Assembly: GCA_002104905.1 (NCBI GenBank)
Contig: MCFE01000628.1
Coordinates: 1 to 51,612 of the forward strand
Length of the DNA: 51,612 nucleotides
Direction: 5' to 3'
Source: Basidiobolus meristosporus CBS 931.73
Taxonomy: Eukaryota; Fungi; Basidiobolomycota
A program made the translations under genes and the position numbers. Positions 23,952 to 34,664 of the stretch are shown here, one piece after another. Within the stretch, counting starts at the first letter, position 1. Every line of letters starts with the position of its first letter. A model generated the notes under the pieces. It saw nothing but the letters and a program-made list of their open reading frames with translations, ran no database searches and was not told the DNA's origin.

Positions 23952-26900
23952 GCCCTCTGGTCAGGACAATCGAAGTGCGGAAGAAGAAGCGTCAACATGA
24001 TGCTTCTAGAGAGGAGGCAAAGGAACCTGTAGTAGAGGTTCCGTCAAAAGGAAAGAGCGCGGAATTAGGTGAAGAAGTACGGAATGAACCTTGGGAAGAA
24101 GTGTTAAAGCGAACAAAGAACGCTAGCACGTCTTCTCATGGCCTATTCCCCATAATGAAGGTACTAGAGCAAACCAAGGCAACCCTCCCAATAACCAATT
24201 TACCAGGACTGGCCCCGGCTCTAGTTAAGGAACTGATAGAGGGATTGAAGGAGATAACGACCCTCCATGTCAACCAGACGGTCCTACAAAAACCGAATAA
24301 AGGTACATACGTAAAGGTACGTATAGAGAATAAGGAGATTCTCGCCCTTATTGACACAGGATCCTCTACGTTGATCATGTCAGAGTCATTAGCGAAACGT
24401 CTAAAACTAAATATAGTCCCCAACAACACCATTCGAGTACGGCTAGCAAATGACCAACTGGATACAACGGTAGGTGTGGTGCCTGATTGCCCCATTCGGC
24501 TAGGCAACTTGATAATACGCCAAGATGTTGTGGTCCTACCCGTCGCAGCCAACAACTTACTCATTGGCAAGAGTTGGTTTATCCAACATAAGATGGATAT
24601 ACTTTACAGTGCATCTGAACTCAGGTGGGATACCAAGAGTATCCCACTGATTCATATCACCAATGAGAGCAAGGCGCGTAGCAACAGTATGACAATCAAA
24701 GAGGTGAAACCATCGCAGTCTCCGATCATCACACAAAAGGTGATAAAAATACCACCTGCCAGTGAGACGGTGATCTCATTAGAAACACCAATAGCTTATT
24801 CAACAAGCGGAAGAATGATAACCGCAGCAAAAGCATCCAAGCAACTGGAAGGAATCTCGATCCCTAAAGTATGGATACCACCAAAATTTGAAACGCAAAG
24901 CCTGAAATGCTTAGTGGTTAACAACGGGCGACACACGGTGACATTGCCTAGAGGAGTGCCATTGTTAAACTTAGAGGAAGTCGACGGAAACGACCAAGGA
25001 CCACCTCCAAACAAAGAACCAGAAGAAGAACTCCCCAAACTAGATGTGGACCCCGGTCTACCGCCTACGTTACAAGACAAATTCCTAGAAGGAATACGTC
25101 CGCTTGCCCGAGTATTCTCTAAGAACCAAGTAATTGGTCATATACCTGGGGTATATCACCAAATCCACCTCGCCAACAAATACCCCATCAAGCAAAAAGC
25201 CTATAGGAATTCGAAAATTGACACAGACTATATCAAAGAGATAATTGAAACTTTGTTAAAAGACAACATCATTACAGAGAGCCAGTCTCCGTGGGCCTCC
25301 CCCATAGTGATAGTCCCAAAGAAAGACGGAAAGCAACGCTTTTGCATCAACTACCGGAAATTGAACGCCGTCACCCGGAAGGACGTGTATCCGCTACCGC
25401 AAATAGACGACCTCTTGGACAGATTAATTGGAGCTAAATATTTTAGCTCTCTTGACTTAATCTCCGGGTATTGGCAAGTAGAAGTAGCCCCGGAAGATCG
25501 ACCCAAAACCGCTTTTATAACATCGTTTGGATTATACAAATGGAACCGACTACCCTTTGGCTTGTGCAATGCCCCCGCTACGTTCCAAAGGATGATCAAC
25601 AAGGTGCTAGGAAATCTACGATGGGAATGCGCCCTTGTGTATCTGGACGACATCACAATATATTCCCCCGATGTAGAAGAACATATACACAACGTGCAAC
25701 GTATCCTGACATCCCTCCTCGAGAACCAACTCAAACTACATCCCAAGAAGTGCCATTTCCTGTATACAAAATTGTTGTTCCTGGGCCACGAGATCTTGGC
25801 AGATGGAATATACCCATCTACGTCACTCCTGAAAGCCGTTCAAAATGCACCTGCACCAAAGGACATTAATGCAGTGTTGGGATTCCTAGGATTAGCCGGC
25901 CACTATTGCCGCTTTGTCAAAAACTTTGCGACGATAGCAGCCCCCCTATACAAATTGACGCAAAAGGGCCAGTGTTTTGTATGGTTGGAGCCTCAAAAGA
26001 GAGCATTTGATCAGCTGAAACATTCCCTGACGTCACCGCCAGTGTTACAGTTTCCCAATTGGGATGCAAGATTTTTTATTAACTGTGATGGAAGCCTCAC
26101 CGGTATAGGTGCCGTACTGGGACAATACCACCAACCCGGCGAATTCCACCTGATCGGTTACGTGAGCTGTTTGCTAAACAAACACAAACGCCACTACCCT
26201 GTTACCAAGATAGAATGTCTGGCTGTTGTTTATTCAATTAAACAATTCCATACATACATACATGGTCGCCAATTCACGATAGTAACGGACCACAGCGCAC
26301 TGGTCTGGCTGATGAAAACTAAAGACTTTACTGGCCAACTAGCACGTTGGGCCCTACAACTACAGCAATACGACTTTGAAATAATTCACCGCGCTGGCAA
26401 GAAACACCAGGACGCAGACTTCCTCAGTCGCTATCCCGTTTGCCAAATACGTGTCAGTGATGAGTACGAGGACATAATCTGCTTTAAAAAGAAAGGGAGG
26501 TATCCCAAACACGTCGTTACAAACAAACAGAAGAGAGAATTTCGAAGGAAATGGTGTCAGTACGAAGTACAAGAAAATCGACTATGGTTCCTCCAAGGAC
26601 AGTCCAGAGCCGAGGTACCCCCACTAGCAGCCCGTGAAGAAATCATACAAGAAAGACATATGTCATTAGGACACGCTAACCCCCTAATGACATATAAGAT
26701 GTTAAGAAAAACGTTTTATTGGCAAAAAATGATGACCGACGTTACAAATACGTTACGAAGATGCACCACTTGCGAAAGATTCAACCGGAGTCAGAAGATA
26801 GGGACAACCGCACCAATACCAGTTGACCTGCCCTTCCACCGAGTGGGGATTGACTTTGTTGGCCCCTTTATGAAAACAAAGAAAGGAGAACAATACATAA

Positions 26901-27694
26901 TAATTGCTACCGATTATTTCTCAAAGTGGGTAGAAGCCCAAGCCGTCCGCAATAAAGATCAGAAGACAACCGCCTGATTCATTCTAGAACACCTCATCTG
27001 CCGACACGGATATCCTCAGATACTCCTGTCCAACAATGGTGGTTCCTTCCTGAACAACACTGTGGCCCACCTGTGCAAAATGATGGGCGTGAAACAAGTC
27101 TTCACGGCCGCGTATCACCCCCAGACTAACGGATTAACCAAGAGGATGAACCAGACGTGTTGCTGCATACTGGAGAAGCTTCACTGGGAACTTCCCCAAT
27201 CATGGGCCGAGCTGCTCCCACTGACACTCCTAGCAATGCGCACCACACCGAATAAAACGACGGGTTTCTCCCCATATGAAATCCTATATGGACAAAGACC
27301 CAAGTGGCGGGAGGAAGCTGGATTGACGATGGAAGGTGTCCCCCTGACGACACATAACGACTATATAGAAAGGTTGATACACCGTATTGCCCACCTATAC
27401 ATAAAAGTATTCGAAAATGTTGACAAGCACCTTCCCCCTCCACCCAAAAATGAGAAACTAACGAGACAAAAGTGGAAACCAGGCGATAAGGTGTGGTACG
27501 ACCAAACCATTGCAGGCCTCAAGTTCCGCCCACAATTTACACCCCAATGGATTGGCCCATGCACCGTTATCAGTTTGGACCACGGACCAAAGTACACCAT
27601 CACCCTGAATAATAAGACAATCAGCAACGTAGCGCCAGCCCATCTGAAACCGTTTCATGATGATCCACCAATCATCACTGAGACCAAAGTGTGA
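23918..27694 (+). CDS. pol: B1 Pol (PR, RT, RNase H, IN with GPY/F module), -1 frame relative to gag, one in-frame TGA at 26975
   Basis: ALIDTGS; PWASPIVIV; YLDD; CDGS...IGAVL; H...H...C..C; GIDFVGP; WIGP. The pol frame is open from 23852. Confidence 0.95.
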
Positions 27695-27823
27695 TTAAAC
27701 AATTATCAGGACAAGGATAGAGGAAGACACGGGATACATTCAAAGTTTATTAGAGGAGATTTTAGTCGATATAGGTACAAATAATATGCGCGAGGGAGTT
27801 TGCCCAAAGGGGAGAACAAAAGA

Positions 27824-28993
27824 ATGCATATGGAAAGCGCCGAAGGAAACAGTTCACCTGAAACTGGCGATACCCCTCCCACTAGCAAGAACCAAGATGA
27901 TATCAAAAACGAAACCAACCTGCAAGTGTTAAGAGATATGGTACAAGCGTTACGTACGACGAGAGCCACCTATGAAGAGTCGTTTGCCGGAGCAGTCACG
28001 CTAATACAAGACACAATCAGAGAGGGACAAGACAAGTTACCCACGCCAATACAAAGCATGGAGATACTACCCGAGAAGACCATGTACCACCTAAGAGGAG
28101 GTTCCTTGATCATTAAGGAGAAGGACGCCGCGCTGATTCCCGTATCCATACTGGACACAGTCAGACAGAAGACACAAGGAATCAACTGTCGTGCCCTCAC
28201 AAGACCTCAAGAGCCCCCCTGTTTTGTTGCATACTTGCCATTAATAGGTACCACGGTTGTTGAGGTATATGCAGACCTGGTACAAGCTGCAAGAGCACCA
28301 GAAGTAGAACTCCCGATTGAAGGACTCCTCCGAGAAATTTGCCAACATCTTGAACCACATTTCCAAGAAGGAACCATCTTAGAGAAGATACGCAAACGGA
28401 TTAAATACACCGGCCAGTTAACCCATGCAATCCACCGAGTTGCTGTGTTACAACTATTACAGTGGTTTACCATAGGACAACTCAGGAATCAGTACAAAGT
28501 CCAACTCCAAGAAGCCGAAGAAACCGCCACGGATTCTGTAGAAACCATGAGGCGAGTATGAAAGCGCCTTGATTGCGCCACAGTTTCTACGGAAGAACTA
28601 CAATACGTCTCGGAAGAAGCAAAAACTTGTTATCGACAACGGGTGACTGCCGACTGAGTGTACGCCCTCTTCAAAAGGTCCCCCGCCGTCATATTGAACA
28701 CAAAAAGGACAAGCCCCGATAACGTTCGCAAGATAAAGAAGCAAGACTTTATCGCACTATTGCACCTTTTCTCGTTCTCCGACCCTCCCAAGGAACTTAC
28801 CCAGAACCCTATGGTTCGCCAACTATTTGGCTCTGTGGAAAACATCCCTCGAGCAACACAGGCCACACCCCACTCTGCCGCCAAATGGTATCAGGTACTC
28901 GCCCGCAATCCCCTCACGAGCGACAACCAGCAATGGTACTACGGTGACTCCCCATGCTCCGTAAACAAAATTGATCCTGGAGAAGCAAGTTAG
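27824..28993 (+). CDS. B1 ORF3, about 389-aa protein of unknown function, in frame with pol, two in-frame TGA (28559, 28655)
   Basis: ORFs 27800-28561 and 28658-28993 share a frame. Both TGA are CAA or CAT in B2/B3. Homologous remnants in B2 (14305-15260) and B3 (30121-31300). Confidence 0.8.
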
Positions 28994-29037
28994 TCAAAGA
29001 ACTTCAAGGACGAAGCTCCCACTTAACCCCCGGGATA

Positions 29038-29425
29038 TGTGAGTACTCAATGTAGTACCCACTCTTTGCCCAAGAGTTCTCCCAAGAGTTCCCTCCAGAG
29101 TCCTACCCAAAGTCCTCCAGTACCCTCCCTATGATTCCCCCACGCGTCCTCCCCTCCTATCCCTGCCCTTATCTAGTTAGAACACTTACCATAACAGGAA
29201 GGTGTTCACACCCCTATTTTATAACACATTGTCTATTGTCTAAGCCCCCCCCAAGTGATATATATATCTTCCCAATTGAACCAGGAAGAACAACGAGATT
29301 TGGACGAAATAAACAGAAGTCTTTATTACCTTGCTACCTTCTATTGGAAGCTATTCTGAACCAAGTGGTACTGACTTGACCTACAAGCTCTCCCACTCAC
29401 CAAGTACAGTCAGTAATAACCCACA
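29038..29425 (+). repeat. B1 3' LTR (388 bp)
   Basis: TGTGAG...CCCACA. About 8 differences from the 5' LTR, including C-run length. Confidence 0.95.
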
Positions 29426-29771
29426 CTTGGGACCCTCCTTAGCCTGTTTAATGTGTTTGTCATGCCAAGACCATGTAAAAGTATAAATACTACTTTTACA
29501 TTCAATAATTCATTAAGTGAAAGCCACATTATCTATTTGTCCTTCCAAATCACTTCAAATATCACCAAGACTCTTACAACATCAACTACATAAGAACAGG
29601 AAATAGGCAGAAGGCCATGTAAGGGAGTCATAGGGAGGATACTAGGGGGACTTTGGGTAGTACTCAGGGGGAACTCTTGGGCAAAGAGTGGTTACCACTT
29701 TTAGTACTCATATATCCCAGGGGTTAACAGGGAGCTTTGTGACTAAAGTTGCATGGCCAACTTGCTGCTCA

Positions 29772-30120
29772 TGTTCTAAGTATTTGTAATTCCACATGAA
29801 TATTCACCTAACTTTGTCACTTAGATCATTACCTTCAGATCTTAGGGAATACTGACCAAATTCCTTGTTGGGATTTATTAAGATTATTCTCACCAAAATA
29901 TCAGGTACCCAGGAAATGAATATTTTCAAAGTTGTTCAAACAGCCCAAGCTTTGCACACATGCTCTTGGCACCTTCCTAAGCCTATTCTACATGTTTGTA
30001 ATGCCAAGACCATGTAAAAGTATAAATACTACTTTTACATTTAATGAATCATTAAGTGAAGACAACATAATTTACTTGTTCTCCCAAATCACTTCCTTTA
30101 TCTCCAAGACTCTTACAACA
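29772..30120 (+). repeat. Solo LTR of copia family A inside the B3 ORF3 3' end
   Basis: TGTT...TTACAACA, 349 bp. B3 sequence is continuous on both sides. TSD degenerate (GCTCA/TCTCC). Confidence 0.85.
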
Positions 30121-32619
30121 TCTCCAGGGTTGCTATTGCTTATTGAGTAAAGAGAGCAATCATAGTAACATTGTTGGTTGTTACTAGCAAGGGTATTGGA
30201 GGCATGTACCTGATACAATTTGGCAGCAGAGTGGGGCACAGCTTGGGTTGCTCAAGGGATGCTTTCTGCAACGCCAAATGGCAAACCATAGGGTTGTGGG
30301 TGAGCTCCTTGGGGGGATTAGAGAGCAAGAAGAGATGCAGTAATGCAATAAAGTCTTGCTTCCTTATTGTGCAACATCTTTGGGGCTTGTCCTTGTCTTA
30401 CTCAACATGATGGTGGGGGCTCTTTTGAAGAGTGTGTACACTTGGTTAGCAGTCATCTTTTATTAATAACAAGTTTTTGCTTCTTCTGAGATGTATTGTA
30501 GTTCTTCTGTAGAGACTGTGGCACAATCAAGGTGTTTTTGCACTGCTCTATGGTTTCTATAGAGTCTGTAGTGGTTTCTTTGGTTTCTTGGAGTTGGACT
30601 TTGTACTGGCTTCTGAGCTGTCTTATGGTGAACCACTGTAACTGTTGCAACACAGCAACTCAGTGGATAACATGGGTCAGCTGGCTGGTGTATTTAATCT
30701 GTTTGCATATCTTCTCTAGGATGGTTCTTTTTGGAGATGCAATCTGAGATGTTTGCAGATTTTTTGAGGAGTCCTACAAATAGGAGTTCTACTTCTAGTA
30801 CCCTTGTGGCTTGTACCAGGTCTACGTATACCTCAATAACCACAGCACCTATCAATAGTAAGTATGCAACAAAACAGGGGGGTCTTGAGGCCTTGTGAGC
30901 ACATGACAATTGATTCCTGGTACTCTATGATGGACTATGTGCAGTAAGAACACAGGTGTCATTGCAGTATCCTTCTCCTTAATGATCAAGGGACCTCCTC
31001 TCATGTGGTGTACTGTCTTCTTGGGTAGTATCTTTGTACTTCATATTGGCATGGGTAACTTATCTTGTCCTTCTCTGATTGTGTCTTGTAATAATGTGAC
31101 TGCTCTGGCAAACATCCTGTCATAGGTGGTTCTTGTCACATGAAAAGCTCATATCATATCTCTCAATGCATGCAGGTTGGTCTTACTTCTGATATGGTCT
31201 TGATTCTTACTGGTGGGAGGAGTATCACCAGCTTTGAGTGAGCTATTTCCTTCAGCACTTTCCATATGCATTCTTTTGAACTCCCTTCTGGGCAAACTTC
31301 CTTGTACATATTGTTTGTACTTATATCAACTAAATTCCCCTTGTATAAGTTCTGTATCTATCTAGTGTCTTCCTTTATCCTTGTCCTGATAGTTGTTTAA
31401 TTTCACTTCAGCCTTGGTGATGATTGGTGGATCTTCTTGAAACAGTTTCAGATGGGCTAGCACTATGTTGCTGATTGTTGTACTGTCCAGGGTGATGGCG
31501 TGCCTTGGTCCATGGTCCAAACTGATACTGGTGCAAGGGCCAGTCCATCAGGGTACAAGTTGTGGGCAAAACTTGAGGCCTTCAGCAGTTTGATCATACC
31601 ACACCATATTGCCTAGTATTCACATTTGTCTTGTTAGTTTCTTATTTTTAGGTGGAGGGGGAGGGTGTTTGTCAACATTTTTGGCACTTTTGTGCATTGG
31701 TGGGCTATATAGTCTATCAACCTTTCTATGTAGTCATTATGTTTTGTCAGGGTAACACCTTCCATTTTCAGTCCTGCTTCTTCACACCACCTGGGTCTTT
31801 GTCCATATAGGATCTTATAAAGGGAGAAGCCTGCTGTATTATTTGGTATGGAACACATTCCAGGAGTGTCAGTGGGAGCAGCTTAGCCCATGACTGGGGA
31901 AGTTCCCAGTGAAGCTTCTCTAGTATACTGCAACATGTCTTGTTCATCCTCCAGATAATCTGCTGGTCTGCAGGTGATACACAGCTGTGAAGACCAGTTT
32001 CATGCTCATCATTTTGCAGAGGTGGGTCACAGTGTTGTTCAGGAAGGAACCACTGTTGTCAGACAGGAGTATCTGAGGAAATTTGTGTCAGCAGATGAAG
32101 TGTTTTAAGATGCATTGGGCAGCTGTCTCCTGATATTTATTCAAGATGGCTTGGGCTTCTACCCCCTTTGAGAAGTAATTGGTAGCAATTATTATGTATC
32201 ATTCTCCTTTCTTTGCTTTCATGAAGGTGGCAACAAAGCTGATCCTTACTTGGTGGAAGGGTAGGCTAACTGGTATTGGTGCAGTTGTCCCTATCTTTAG
32301 ACACTGAATAAATCTTTTGCAGGTGGTGCATCTTTGTAATGTATTGTGACATTGTTGAAGAGAAAAAAAATCATGTGGCTTTTGTGGCAAGCCTCTTAGC
32401 CATGAAGCATGCATACAGCATAGGATGCATTACAATGAATACGGCTGATGTTTTGCCACACAAGTCATATTTGACCATTCATTGGTCACTAATGTACCAA
32501 CATTATCTTGCTGGCCAGTTGATACTTGTATATTAGCACCTGGCTGTCTCTGTCACCTGACACAAACTGAGTCAGGTGAGTTTGTGCAGCCTTTAGGCAC
32601 ACCTTAGCCTTCTGAATAT

Positions 32620-34664
32620 GGCATGCAGAGTGATATCTCTGACAAAGAAGGCTTGCTGATGGATTGTAGGCCTATCTCCCCTAACAACAGTGCCACATAT
32701 GAGCCTGGTCAAATCCCAATATGCAATGAGACAATGCCTGTTAATACAAATGCCAAGGACACTTTATGGAGCCAAGTAAGCTCAGTAATCCATCTACTGA
32801 TGAATGATGTAATTTTGTGGCCAGAGGAGTGGCACATTTCCACTAATATCAGTATTGGGGGCTTTGAGGATTTACTACTACTTCTTGCCAAAATCATTCT
32901 GGGATGCAACTCACTATGTACATTATGCAAGTGGACAATGGTCATGTGGATGGCAAAATATGATCCAGAAATGGTCCTGATTCCAGCATGTGTTAACAGT
33001 TGCATGGCATTCACATCCAAAAATGCTACCATTGCAACATGTGCAAATTGTCAGGAATCCACCACCATTGAGGGAAAACATTGTTCACACTCCAGATATA
33101 TTCCAGTAATACCCTCTCTGAGGAAGCTAATGCAGTCCAACAATATTGCAAAGCTCTACAGTACCGCACTTGGTATCAATCAAGTGCAAACATATCCAAT
33201 ATACTTGATGGCAAACATTGCAAGCAGCTAAGAAGCAAGGGCTACTATGAAGGTATGTATGACCATGCCATTGCCTTAGCACTTGAGGGATTCTCATTTA
33301 ACAAGTACTCTACCAGCAAATCCTGCTGACCACTGATTCTCATCGATCTGAATATACCACCCACCTCACAGTATCTGAGCAATAATCTGCTTGTAGTCTC
33401 ACTGGTATCTGGGCCTAAATTACTGTCCAACCTGGATAGCTACCTGTATCTATTGCTGGATGAGTTTTGTATGCTTTCCAGCAGGATAATACCAAATAGC
33501 AGTCATGTAAAAGCGCATATTAGTATCTGCATTGGAGATACCCCAGCCATCAGCAAGATAGCAGGTTTTTTTGTGCACAATAGATGGTATTGCTGTTGAA
33601 TATGTGAGATCCAGGGGATTTACTCCATAACTCACACATGTTATCATTACCCAGACACCAGCACTAAGAACATCATCTTCCCACACAGAGAATTTACAGA
33701 AATCAGCGTGCAATTGCAGCAAAGTTGGCCAGCTATAGGTCATTAGCTGGAATATGGAATCAATCCAAAACCAGAGATACTTAAGATAGAGGGTATATTT
33801 TGGAGCAAAAGCTTTCCACCAGGAGCAATGCATTTGCTTTTTTACAATATCACTATACTGATGACCAAGTTTTACATGGGGCATTTCAAGCTAAATGAAC
33901 CCTTTAATATAAAGTAGAAATTTGAAAGAATTGGCAACATATTACAGAGTATCAACTTCCTTAAGTACTTCTCACAGGCTCCAATCAATATACATGTGCA
34001 TATGCAACAATACAAATGCAAAGACTGGATGAACTGGATGTGTATTTATTCAAGTTGCATTCTGAAGCCATTCCTACCAAGAGTGCATTGGAAGCATTAG
34101 GACTTATATGTGGACATTGTAGGAATATTTATCCAGAAGCGGATCACCAGTGCCATCTTGACACATCTACAGCTGTTGCACAAGGAGGTTATGATGGGAT
34201 TTGAGCAACTATACTACAAGCACAGAGCCAAAAGTGTAGATCTCTGCCACTACTGTATCCATTCTCTACTCAATCTTGCATGGTGTGTGGAGAATATTGG
34301 GCCTTGCTTCTCCTTTTGGGAGTTTCATATGGAGCAGATTTGTGGGGAGATAGGAAGACCAGCCAAGCTGCAGGTACTACCATATCCCAATCTCATCAAG
34401 AATATAACCTTAAAGTCTGTCATGGATGTGTTGAGTTGGCACATGGAGGACAGCCCGGAAGTGTTGGAAAATGCTGAGGACAAATGCGCACATGGAGACA
34501 CCTATGCCTATGGCATTAAGAAGCTAAGCAGCCCCAATGTGTGGGTAATCAGTTATGTAATGCAAAGTTGGGTTGGGTGCAACAAGCAACTAATTTTGTT
34601 AGGAAAACTCTACCACGGTATGCCAGATTTGTCCTGGTCACAAGCCAACATCTACGCTACTTAA
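32620..34664 (+). pseudogene. CACTA/EnSpm (Transposase_21/TNP2-like) transposase remnant
   Basis: Motifs across frames: CVNSCMAFT..C..C; YIPVIPSL; NIPP...NNLLVVSLVSGPK..NLDSYL..LLDE; IGDTPAISKIAG; FP.GAMHL; IHSLLNL...IGPCFSFWEFHMEQICG...PYPNL. Associated DNA spans about 32355-35480 inside B3 pol. No clear TIR. Confidence 0.75.

Larger units (their letters stand above)
22648..29425 (+). mobile_element. Full-length, young Ty3/gypsy element B1 (6778 bp)
   Basis: LTRs 22648-23037 and 29038-29425, about 98% identical; perfect TSD CTTGG (22643-22647 / 29426-29430) in the A4 3' LTR; PR-RT-RH-IN order; CpG-rich. Confidence 0.97.
12413..29581 (+). mobile_element. Copia element A4 (5' LTR 12413-13133, 3' LTR 22467-29581, both interrupted), host of three B insertions
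   Basis: Perfect TSD TCAAC (12408-12412 / 29582-29586) inside the B3 LTR; PBS 13134-13145; gag-pol remnants at 13165-14249 and 20082-22455. Confidence 0.88.

Noticed and set aside
24136-25869. Antisense or overlapping ORFs within B1 pol (24136-24570, 24796-25080, 25351-25746, 25471-25869)
   Set aside because: Shadow frames of a GC-richer coding region with no motifs, not preserved as a unit in the other copies.
27824-28993. ORF3 as a retroviral-type envelope gene
   Set aside because: The position fits, but no signal peptide, transmembrane segment or cleavage motif is visible.
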